Shown piece after piece: positions 13,301-23,492 of a stretch of 64,000 nucleotides of DNA. The translations under genes were made by a program, and so were the position numbers. The DNA comes from Guillardia theta CCMP2712 (lineage: Eukaryota > Protista > Cryptophyta). A model generated the notes under the pieces. That model was not told the DNA's origin and ran no database searches. It worked only from the letters and a program-made list of their open reading frames with translations. The stretch lies in the NCBI RefSeq assembly GCF_000315625.1, contig NW_005434638.1, positions 189,300-253,299 of the forward strand. The letters are read 5' to 3'. Within the stretch, counting starts at the first letter, position 1. The number at the start of each line of letters is the position of its first letter.

Positions 13301-14419
13301 GAGGCTGTCAAGGACAAGGGCGAGGAGGCTGTCAAGGGACAAAGGGCGAGGAGGGCTGTTCAAGGACCAAGGGCGAAGAAGGCTTGGAAAAGAACAAAGG
13401 GCGAAGGAGGGCTTGGGAAAGGACAAGGGCGAGGAGGCTGGGAAGGACAAGGGCGAGGAGGCTGGGAAGGACAAGGGCGAGGAGGCTGGGAAGGACAAGG
13501 GCGAGGAGGCTGGGAAGGACAAGGGCGAGGAGGCTGTGAAGGACAAGGGCGAGGAGGCTGTCAAGGACAAGGGCGAGGAGGCTGTCAAGGACAAGGGCGA
13601 GGAGGCTGGGAAGGACAAGGGCGAGGAGGCTGTCAAGGACAAGGGCGAGGAGGCTGTCAAGGACAAGGGCGAGGAGGCTGTCAAGGACAAGGGCGAGGAG
13701 GCTGGGAAGGATAAGGGCGAGGAGGCTGTCAAGGACAAGGGCGAGGAGGCTGGGAAGGACAAGGGCGAGGAGGCTGTCAAGGACAAGGGCGAGGAGGCTG
13801 TCAAGGATAAGGGCGAGGAGGCTGTCAAGGACAAGGGCGAGGAGGCTGTCAAGGACAAGGGCGAGGAGGCTGGGAAGGACAAGGGCGAGGAGGCTGTCAA
13901 GGACAAGGGCGAGGAGGCTGGGAAGGACAAGGGCGAGGAGGCTGGGAAGGACAAGGGCGAGGAGGCTGGGAAGGACAAGGGCCAGGAGGTTGTCAAGGAC
14001 AAGGGCGAGGAGGCTGGGAAGGACAAGGGCGAGGAGGCTGGGAAGGACAAGGGCGAGGAGGCTGGGAAGGACAAGGGCGAGGAGGCTGGGAAGGTTAAGG
14101 GCGAGGAGGATGGGACGGTTAATGAGCACCAGCAGCAGACCGATTGCAAGCACGGGAGCGACGGGGAAAGTAATAAGATGGCAACCCAGCACTCGGGTGA
14201 TAATTTGTTTCTTGTGTTTTGACCGTCCTTTCTGATCGTCTTGCAGCCCCTGATGCATCTCAACGGGTCGAGCTCTCTTCATCTCGTGCGCAAGGTGCTT
14301 CTTCTGACGCTGATGCACAGTTAATGGTTTGTTTGCGAACAGATTCAAGCCTGAACGAAAGCATCGAAGAGTTCATCGAGGAAGAGATAGAGGAAGAGAT
14401 AGAAGGGCAGGAAGAGTGA
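7391..14419 (+). CDS. Large uncharacterised protein: coiled-coil N-terminal exons, then a long Q/E/K-rich disordered exon and an acidic tail; gene model tentative
   Basis: Heptad-like exon DDIEKKLKKRIISQDAIRTMRAQVDELEMQSKQVDQIYEEKLKDLLEKK, short exons to ~9450, 1408-aa ORF 9488-13714 plus shifted continuation 13281-14222, and final exon LNESIEEFIEEEIEEEIEGQEE*. That all pieces form one gene is inferred. Confidence 0.55.
10218..10590 (+). repeat. Coding (E/A)(V/I)KPQ(Q/E)n repeat array; a second array lies at ~11478-12200
   Basis: Recurrent gtcaagccgcag followed by CAG/GAG runs. Confidence 0.85.
10281..12701 (+). repeat. Dispersed ~810-bp direct duplication (10281-11090 and 11892-12701, offset 1611)
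   Basis: The translated block EVKPQQEQEEVKLQEEAK...SPSPAGQGG occurs twice; only one substitution was seen (SFSFS vs SFGFS). Confidence 0.95.
12853..14110 (+). repeat. 24-bp coding minisatellite, ~50 units, DKGEEA[G/V]K
   Basis: Unit gacaagggcgaggaggct(ggg|gtc)aag; degraded by indels at ~13260-13420. Confidence 0.97.
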
Positions 14420-14599
14420 AGGAGAGGAACACACGATTCTACTCTTGTGCAAGGGTCGCTTGTTCATGTTTGAAGATGTAAATTCTTGTTAAGGTTTCGT
14501 GTTTGTTTCTGTTAACTTCTGTGCCGACGAGCTTTCGTTCACTTTCATGCAGTAGGCCCATCTCCACCCTCCTCCTGCCGCAGGGACAAAGCTCGGGTC

Positions 14600-16374
14600 T
14601 TTCATATCACTTCCCTTGCAGTCAGCAGACAACCAGCTGAGCATGGCTTATCATCTCACCGGAACAAGATGTCATCGTTCTTAGTGACGTGCTTGATCTC
14701 TCTAGTTCGTGTGATGTGGCGCAACGTGTTCATGGATTGTTTGTATGCCTGAGCGATGTCATCACAGCTCTTCTCAACCACAATAGCTCTCACAAAGCTA
14801 GACGGGCTGAAATGAGCAATTATGTACGATCTTGAATTCTTGCACAGACTTTGTTCCAGAGCTTTGGTAAGGGTCGAGCTGCGGTATGGAATGTACACCT
14901 ACAGTGAGTTGTCAACCACAGGGAAGAGCAGTTGGGAGAAGAGGCTGACTCAATACAGGACCAAGTAGAGAGGAGAGGGAGAACAGCAGGGTTAGAAGAG
15001 GGGATCGAGATGGTTTTGACCTTAGACTTCTGTCCTGCCTTCTGGCTTCGGTCTGCTTCAGCTATGGCAGCCATCACGTTGGCCCAGGCTAGCAGAGATT
15101 TCTCTTGGGTGTTTGACTTCTTGTGAATGCCCAGGGATGAGACGTGCGATCGTAGCTCGGCGTTTCCTGCTCTCCCCGTGATCTCTAGGCTTTCACTTAG
15201 AAGGTCTTGTTACCGCTGGGAGTACTTGCAAGGTCGACGAACTGAATCTTGTGTATCGGAAGGTCCCTAGTGAAGTTGGGTCAGCAGAATCGAGATGGTC
15301 TGAGTTGCTATACTCGTTTTTGGGATTGCTTCCTCGCCTGACAAACTCAACAGTGAACACTGTGTTGCTCGACAACTCCATGTAGCTGATCGATCGCAAC
15401 ATCTGTCGTGCCGTCAGATGTCAGACGGTATACACGTGCGTTCACTTCGATTCACCTGACTCAACATGTCTTCGCAATCAGTGATGTTTTCCAACTTCTT
15501 CTTTGTCAATCCTTCTATTGTCCCGTTGGACCGTATCTGTGCCGATTCACACAACTTGAACAAGGCAGAGGAGAGACGGGAATACTTTGAGGCCCGTGGT
15601 ATGAAAATCTCGTTTGAGACAGTCGAAAATCTGTTGTCAAGGTCACCACTGTACAATCTTGCTGTTCCTGGCATCTCACATTCTCATTTTGAACTTCGTA
15701 GAAAGAACCAAATATATCATAAGCATCATGTAAATTATCTTCTGTTGCAATTCTGAAACATATCGACAGTGAGCTGGACAAAGGAGATATCATATTGCAC
15801 ATTGTTTCAAGGAGTCGAGGGATCAACCCTGGGTCTTTCTCTTGTCCTTGATCAGGTTGTCAGCTATTCAGAAGAGAGAGGAGCTTGCTCTACCTATGAA
15901 CGTGTATGTCTTTCCTGTCTGAGTGTGTCCATGGGAGAACACACACACGTGATATCCTTTTAGTGCATCGCTCCTAGTCCGATGTGAGCACAGCAACATG
16001 CAATCATTCAAACATTCTCTCTCACAGAATCCTCGTTCCAAGTTGCTGAAACAAAATCTCGTTGTCCGCATTCTCTGGGCTGGCAGATCACAGGAGATCA
16101 GTTGACTTACTCTCACATGTTGGGGTTTGACCTGTCGGGGTTTGACGAATCAAAACAAAAATCGAGGTCGTGAACTTTCTTTTCCTCCGTCTCTGGATTT
16201 GACAAGGTAACGCTCGTGTCAGTTACTGTGATACATCTGAGAGACTCGTCAGGTAACAGCATCCGCACGCTACTAGTCCTGCCTGCCAGGTCCCAGGCTT
16301 TGCTCCCTCAAATTGATCGGGCGAATTCTCCCCACCAGGTAGACATTTCGCTCCATGCTCCCCTGGGGTAGCAT
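14600..16374 (-). CDS. Divergent kinesin motor-domain protein (multi-exon; 3' end approximate)
   Basis: VYLVGRIRPIN (beta1/RxRP), DALKGYHVCVFSHGHTQTGKTYTF (P-loop), IPRLLETM, KIQFVDLA, EKSLLAWANVMAAIAE, YIPYRSSTLTKALEQSL, IIAHFSPS, QSMNTLR. Confidence 0.85.
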
Positions 16375-16747
16375 GACGGCCTGTATAAACACTTCAGTTG
16401 GACTAGGTGAGCTCTGACTTATCACTTGCATGTTCCCTCCACCTCCTGCTCCACTTCCTTCCCCAACCTCAACTCCGACCACAAGTTCAGATTTTACTCC
16501 AGCAGCAACGAAATCTTATGTTCTCTACCTATCTCCCTCCTGTCTCTCTCTTCTCCTTCTTACGTTTGCCTCTCCCTTTCTCCTCCTCGTCTCGCCCTTC
16601 CCTTTCACCCCTTCCCCTCCATCCCCCCCACTAACTAGCATGTCTCTTCCTCCCCCCAAACAGTCTCCGTGGCCCTACTCAGGTCGACTCCTTTTTTTAT
16701 ATATTGCATGGGGGAGGGGACGGGGGGGGGGAGGCGAGGACGGGGAG

Positions 16748-18954
16748 CTAGTGCGTGCAAGCCCCCGGGACCGAGTTCTCGAGGACGAGCATGCCGACAT
16801 TCATCAAGACTCCCACGGCCATGGCGAGCGTCTCCAGTAGCGTCGTGCTAAACGTCGTGTCCTGCCTCGAGGGCTCAGAGGGTCATTGGGGCTCAGCGAG
16901 CTGACCTGAAGCATAAGGGGGATGATGTCGACTGTCGCCACGTAGATGAAGCCGCCAGCTATGAAGCCCTATGTCGATCGTCATGACATGCTCTCCCATA
17001 TTCTGCAGGAAATGTACCTGCATACCCTTCAGCTGCTGGAGCTGCAGTCCAACCACACAGCCAAGGAGGGCGCCCATCGCTGAGCCCCACTGCAAGGTGA
17101 TGAGTAAGCAGTAAGGAGGAGGAGGAGGAAAAGAATAATCGCGCACCTGTGCCCACAAGGCAGAGCTGTGGCTAAACCCATTCTGAATCAAGATCGCAAA
17201 GTCTGCAATGTTGTGCGGGACTTCGTGGAAGAAGACAGCTACGAGGCCATGAGATCGTGTAACAGTACAGTTGAGATGCATCACCTAGTGTTGTTGAGAT
17301 TCCATGTCCCTGCCATGCAACTGTTGTCACCTTCTCTCCATGTTCCCTCCCAGGTCACCTTTCCAAAAGCGACCCCCAGCGCTAAGCCATCCGAGAAGTT
17401 GTGAAGAAGATCTGCTAAGAGATTCAAGTACCTGCTTACGTGTCATCGAGAACCAACAGGGACGAAAACACTCACGCAGCAGGCTTCGCATTGAATTTCA
17501 ACATTTCTTTCGGGAGATTCATCAGTGATTCGCAACGATTGCAGATAGCTTCATATCTGGAAGCAACCATCAGCTGTCGCCGCATGCACATGAGAGATGG
17601 GATTACGCTTGGCTCTGCAACGCAGCCAACCTCTGTCTGAACGGTCTCGAACAATCCCCCTCTTCCACACTCATGTCAGACCTTTCAACAAGACTCCAGA
17701 GTACCTCCAGCAGTGGGGTTGGCTGCGGCAGGCTCTTCTGAAGTACACTTGTTGACACACTGTTCACCGTCAGCCGAGTACTAAACACACAAACAAGAGT
17801 CACCTTGACGACATGAGTCCGACCTGTGTCACAGGCAATAACGTGCGAATGAGAGTGAGAATGAGTATGCGAATGTTGGTGGCTCCCGTTCCCTGCAGAA
17901 CGAGGGAATCAGCTGCTGCTGGAGCCATCCATGAGCATATCGTTCCTGTCAAGGCCGCCATGAACTTCTCTGCTAGGTAAAACATGAGCATGCCCACTAA
18001 TATTGGGATCCCAGTGTTCAGTGCCTGAGACAAGTAGAAGTCAAATCGGCTTCGATCATCATTCAGAGGGAAACAATTCTGCTTGTTTAAGAACCAGCAG
18101 CATGTTCTGTACTTCGTCAACGAGTCATACCTGGCTGACACCATCAGCATCCGAATGCGCATGTGCTGAAGCGTGAGGGAGCATGTGCAGGAACACATCA
18201 CCAAGAAGTCCTCCAACAGCAAAGCTTATGAGCATCTGACAATCAGTGAGAGGGAGCGAGTTGAAAGAATCAGCTACCTTGAGGAGCAAGCTGTTGTTTA
18301 TGTTGATTGGAGGGGGTTCTTCATGGTGTGCAGTGTCATGGGGTGCGTGAGCTCCAGTGTTTTGCAGAAAAGGCAGGAAGGGCATCACAAACAAGCTGCT
18401 GCAACTCACGAAGACCGTCGCAAGTAGCGCGGAATGGGATGGCCACTTTGTTGTCCAATGCTGTAAAGTTTTCCACCAGAGCAACCCTTCCATGAGATCT
18501 GTGTGGCCATGGGAGTGGCCGTGATCATGCTCATGCCCGTGACTATGCCCGTGGCTGTGCCCATGCTCCTCGGCGTAGGAAGTTTTCGAGAACAATGAAT
18601 AAGATAACAAAAAATAGATCCAGAGCGCCGCAGATTTGAGGGGAGTGAAAAATTTCCTGGTCCCTCCTCCTCTCAAGTGTAGGCTGGCAGGTTTTTGGTC
18701 GATCAATTCATTCGTGGATACAAGTCGTTGTTTCTGAAATCATGACCTTCAGTATGGCTGGCACACACCAACCGAAGGACCTGAAAGGTGAGACGAGGTC
18801 GGGGATCTGGTCTTCTCGCATCATGCACTCTCACCAACCCCTGTAAATTGTGAGATGCGAGGACGATGAACAAGAGAATCCTCCCAACCTCTGAATACGA
18901 TGCAATGAGAATCAAGCCAGTGAAGGCCATGCGAAGGGAACATGCTTTCCGCAT
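16748..18954 (-). CDS. ZIP (SLC39) metal transporter, ZIP7/KE4/IAR1-like, His-rich
   Basis: HGHSHGHSHGHEH ectodomain, LISFAVGGLLGDVFLHMLPHA, His loop SHQHSHTHSHSHSH, YLNLLADLLHNFSDGLALGVAF (TM4), AVFFHEVPHNIADFAILIQNGFS (TM5); last exon ends ...VLENSVPGACTH*. Confidence 0.92.
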
Positions 18955-19159
18955 TCCTTCCGGCGCCCTGGCACACTCCTCTGAGAAGCAATATAAGTCA
19001 AAGGTACATACACAAGGATTCAACTTGATTATCATTCTACCTTCTATCCCTCGTTCCCACTACTTCTCGCTCCTTCTTCCGGTCCCATTCTCCCAGCTCC
19101 CTCTGCCCATCCTGCCCCAGTCTCACCTCCCCTTCGACTGCGAACCTGGTCCATCGCAC

Positions 19160-19357
19160 ATTCCTTCTACATTCCTTCTACATTCAAATCATCTGAGGGG
19201 AACAGATATATTCCTTCTACATTCAAATCATCTGAGGAGAGCAGGTATATATTCCTTCTACATTCAAATCATCTGAGGAGAGCAGGTATATTTTCCTTCT
19301 ACATTCAAATCATCTGAGGGGAGCAGATATATTCCTTCTACATTCAAATCATCTGAG
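19160..19357. repeat. ~40-bp tandem minisatellite, 5 copies, in the ZIP/CCT8 divergent intergenic region
   Basis: Core (a/t)ttccttctacattcaaatcatctgag plus homologous 12-14 bp linkers (gggaacagatat, gagagcaggtatat). Confidence 0.92.
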
Positions 19358-19371
19358 ACGACCTGTGTGTT

Positions 19372-19450
19372 TGTGTGTATGTGGGTGGGTGGGGGGGGGG
19401 GGGGGGGGTTGTGTGTATGTGGGTGGGTGGGGGGGGGGGGGGGGGGGGGT
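19372..19450 (+). repeat. Duplicated gtgtgtatgtgggtgggt(G)n unit with two long poly-G tracts
   Basis: Two copies, each ending in ~18-21 G. Confidence 0.85.
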
Positions 19451-20005
19451 GCAGCCCACGGGCCGTCGCTCGCAGAGCTGGCTTGGGGCGCAAGGGGAGC
19501 ATGGCCGGGGAAAGAATGAAACCCGCCTCGGAGCAATGGCAGTTGCTGAAAAGAGTCCTTCCCTCCAAGAAAACCTCAGTAGCCCCTTCCTGAGGCGAAC
19601 TCACTCTTACTCCCCGGCAGGCCCGGCGGGCCCGGCAGTCCCCGGGAGCCCGGGAGTCATGTGACTGGCCGTTTGCCTTCCCTAAAACTTATTTTGGACC
19701 TTCCGCGTGCCGTAGTGTTGGGAGAATATTTTACGACTGAAAGTACAGAATTTTAGTACCGCTGCGAGAGCTGTATTGATATCAATATCAAAATTTAGCA
19801 CTTCTTGTAGCAGGGTAGTTTCAATTTTACAATTTCTCCTAATAAAAATTTTAATATATAAAGAATAATGTTACTTTTTTATATTATATTATATTTCAGT
19901 ACACTTTTTTAGAATGCTTGGTACAACTCGCAGACCTCTCTTCACAAACTCTGTACTAGTTTTAAAACACTTTGAGCGGGAGAGCGGCTGCAGGTTGGCG
20001 GGAAA

Positions 20006-21971
20006 ATGACGACCATGCTGGGAGGGACCGGAGGCATCGCTCTGACGGAGCTGCTGAAGGACGGACACAAGCACTTCCAGGGTATCGACGAGGCTGTTGC
20101 CAAGAACATCGAGGCATGCAAGAAGCTCTCGACCATCACCCGCACCTCCATCGGCCCCAACGGCATGAACAAGATGGTTGTGAACCACCTGGGCAAGCTC
20201 TTCGTCACCAACGACGCCGCGACCATCGTGAAGGAGATGGAGGTTAGCTGTTGTGATATGACTTTCATACATCTCTTGTCTTGGACCTTGTCTATCTCCT
20301 CACACTCCTTGTCCTCAGGTCATTCACCCAGCTGCCAAGCTCGTTGCTCTTGCATCGCAGACGCAGAAGGAGGAAATCGGTGACACAACAAACTTGGTTG
20401 TTGTTCTTGCCGGAACTCTACTGGAAGGAGCCGAGGCTCTGCTCCGTCAAGGTTTGCCCATCGCAGATATTATCGCGGGATACACCAAAGCCTATCGTGC
20501 CTGCCTTACACACATTGATTCACTCAGCGTCAAGAGCATTGAAAACATTCGCAGTGAAGAGGAAGTGTCCAATGCGCTCAGAGCAACTGTCTGCTCCAAG
20601 CAGAATGGACTTGAAGACTTTCTCTGCCCCTTGATTGCCAAAGCTTGCGTTCAAATTGTTCCCAAGGAAGCAAGTCAGTTCAACGTAGATAATGTCAGGG
20701 TTGCCAAAATTCAAGGAATGTCAGTTTATGATTCCTTCCTTGTGAAGGGATTTGTATTGACCAGAGATTCAGAGGGCACTATCAAGCATGTCACAGATGC
20801 AAAGATTGTTGTGTTTGGTACTGAGGTCGATCTTTCTGCTACCGAGACGAAGGGCAACGTGCTGATCAAGAATGCTGAAGAGCTGATGAATTACTCGAAG
20901 TCGGAGGAGGAGGCAATCGAGAAGATTGTACAAGAGATTGCAGCAACTGGTGTGAATGTGTTGGTAGCACAATCTACTATCAGCGAGATGTCCCTGCATT
21001 TCTTGGAGCGAGCGAAGATCATGGTTATTAAGTGTCCTTCCAAGTTCGAAATTGCTCGCTTGTGCAAGCTTTCTGGAGCGACTAGCCTTGCTCGCTTTGG
21101 TGCCCCACTTCCAGAAGAAATCGGAAAGGTATGAGCATAATCTACTTGGAACTCTGAGAGATGACTTGTGTGTCACTTGCAGGCGGATCGTGTTTCTGTT
21201 GATGAACTCGGTGGACAGCCTTGCACCACATTTGTCAGGGATTCGCTTGAGCAAACGAAGGTCTCCACCATTATCCTGCGTGCCTCCACTTCGAACCACC
21301 TGGACGATCTTTCACGTGCAATTGATAATGGAGTGAACATCTACAAGCAGGTGATCGATTTGCTTACCACTCTCTTTTCTGAACGTGACGTGTACAACAG
21401 ATGACCAAAGATTCACGATTTGTTGCTGGCGGCGGTGCTTGTGAATTGCGCATGGCAGCACATCTGAAAGAAATGGGGGGCAAGACTCCTGGGTTGGAGC
21501 AGTATGCTATCAAGAAGTATGCAGAGGCGCTCGAGACAATACCAAGAACTCTGGCGGAAAACGCAGGCCAGGACACAACATCCACGGTATTTGATCTTCT
21601 TGGATTGCAAAGAATATGCTGGCGTTAATCATCTTCTCACAGATCTCAAATCTGTATGCTGATCACACAGCGGGTAAGTTGAACCATGGAATCAACATCG
21701 ATAGCCCGGGGACAAGGGACATGCTTGAGGTTCTTTGCCTGCGCTGTTTTCCTCCACCTTCTAAACCTGTTTCCCCAAGGCAAGCATTCTCGATCATCTG
21801 GTATCCAAGAAGGAAGCCATGAGGCTTGCATCCGAGGCTGCGATCACTGTGCTGCGGGTGGACACGATCATGTAACTCCTTGTCGAACATCACGTTGGCT
21901 GTGAAACTGAATTTTCTCCCAGTATGGCAAGGCAGTCTGGAGGACCGGATCCCAACAGAGCCCCGGGATAA
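20006..21971 (+). CDS. CCT8: T-complex protein 1 subunit theta (CCT8)
   Basis: TRTSIGPNGMNKMVVNHLGKLFVTNDAATIVKEMEV, FNVDNVRVAKI, TETKGNVLIKNAEELMNYSKSEE, SKFEIARLC, PGLEQYAIKKYAEALE; ends VLRVD...MARQSGGPDPNRAPG*. Confidence 0.97.
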
Positions 21972-22248
21972 TTCAGGGATGTATGATTTCAAACATTTGC
22001 AATGCATTTCTTGTTGAAAGGAGCTTATCCATGTCGCCTTTGTCAAACATGCTGCATCCACGCAAGTAACTATATTTCACATTCTTTGTACAACCGCACA
22101 CAAATACACGAAGAATTAGAATACAACAGCTTTGAGCTGTAGATGAGGGTAAGAATCCTTGATCAGCAATCACGCTGTCCCTATTGTAGCATCGGAATCC
22201 CTGCATGCAGGAAGAAGTCATTCAATTGTGTAAGAACAGCCACGTTTC

Positions 22249-22652
22249 TTACATTATTGTAACAACCCAGTCCTCCTTCGTCATACTGGCTTTCATCAAC
22301 AGTGATTTTCCTTCTTTGTACTTTTGACTTGCTTCGAAAGCTTCTTTGTACTTCCACCCAAGGTATTCATGGCAGCAATTACAATAAATGTCTTGAACCT
22401 TTCGGGATAAAATGAATGCTTCAGGAGAAGTTTAGAACACTACAGCATTACCGTATGCATTCCCGTATTCATCAGTCGATCTTCCAAAGGCCCGAAAGAA
22501 ATGTTGACCACCTTGTCAAAAAGATAGGCTCGTCCTGTTCTGCCTTGGAAGGATGTAGAGATTAAAGCTTCGTGGTTGGTCAAGTGGGCATGGCAGTTGC
22601 CGCAAGAATAGATGCGGTTCCCAGGCAGATACACTTTGTGGATGCGGCCCAT
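22249..22652 (-). CDS. Yippee/YPEL family zinc-binding protein (2 coding exons)
   Basis: [10 protein letters not shown]...[17 protein letters not shown]...[39 protein letters not shown]. Confidence 0.95.
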
Positions 22653-22897
22653 GTTTCGAGACCCTGCTAAGCAGCAAACATCACAACAAGCGAGAGGGTA
22701 GCATGCTCGAGAGAAATGGTGACTAAAGATAGACAGGAGGGTCCAAGCTCGATCAAGTACATCAATGTGTCACCATCCCGTCCACCCATCTATCACTCAC
22801 AACCTAGATGGAATGCAGAAGAAAGGGAGCAACACACAGCCCTCGCTCGTAACAGACAGTATGAGGAGTACGAGGAATCATCATAGCGTTGAGAAAG

Positions 22898-22992
22898 AGG
22901 AGCCAGCATCTACTCGCTTCATGCTGCAAGTGCTTCAAGTGCAGGAGCCAGCATCTACTCGCTTCATGCTGCAAGTGCTTCAAGTGCAGGAG
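22898..22992. repeat. Perfect 45-bp tandem duplication upstream of Yippee
   Basis: aggagccagcatctactcgcttcatgctgcaagtgcttcaagtgc occurs twice. Confidence 0.92.
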
Positions 22993-23492
22993 TCGGCATT
23001 GGCACCAACATTGACCCAGCATGGAGCCGGCAAAGTGCAAGAAGGATACTGGTAGCAAGGGTGGGGTAGTTTTCCTCATCAATCTATGGGTACTTATTGA
23101 AGTGAAGTGTGAACCAGAAAGATGGACTACCAGTCCCTTTTTTTTATTTTTTACTGTTTTTACTACCATCATCAAGTCGTTTTTTTGACAAGGACCTTCA
23201 AGGGCAGGAGGCATGGCGGCAGCCCGGACTCCATGAAGGAAGCCCCCGCAGGCTCCTGCTCCTCCTTCTCCTTCCCCTCCTCCTGCCCCTCCCCCCTCCC
23301 TTCACTTTCTGTGCTTCAGACGATGTCGTCTGTCTGTCTCCCTCCCTCTCTTAGTGCCCTCTTGGTAGTTACGCTGCCCCTCCTTAGTAGCAGTCAGAGA
23401 TCATCATCGTTAGAGTCAAACGTAGTGAAACCATGGCGTCACATAGAGCGTTCAGGGTTAGGTACTGCCTACAGGATCTGATCTGACATCCG

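Noticed and set aside
10106-14348. Minus-strand poly-Leu, poly-Cys/Ser and ASSPLS ORFs
   Set aside because: Stop-free antisense shadows of the CAG/GAG arrays and the 24-bp repeat on the + strand.
19160-19357. CRISPR-like array (constant ~27-bp core with variable linkers)
   Set aside because: Linkers are only 12-14 bp and homologous to each other, there are no cas genes and the context is eukaryotic; it is a minisatellite.
19450-19690. RNase P/MRP or SRP RNA
   Set aside because: Only a partial AGTCCCCGG resemblance; the other conserved elements were not found by eye.
19997-20006. E2F-like site GGCGGGAAAA before CCT8
   Set aside because: Short motif directly abutting the ATG; a chance match cannot be excluded.
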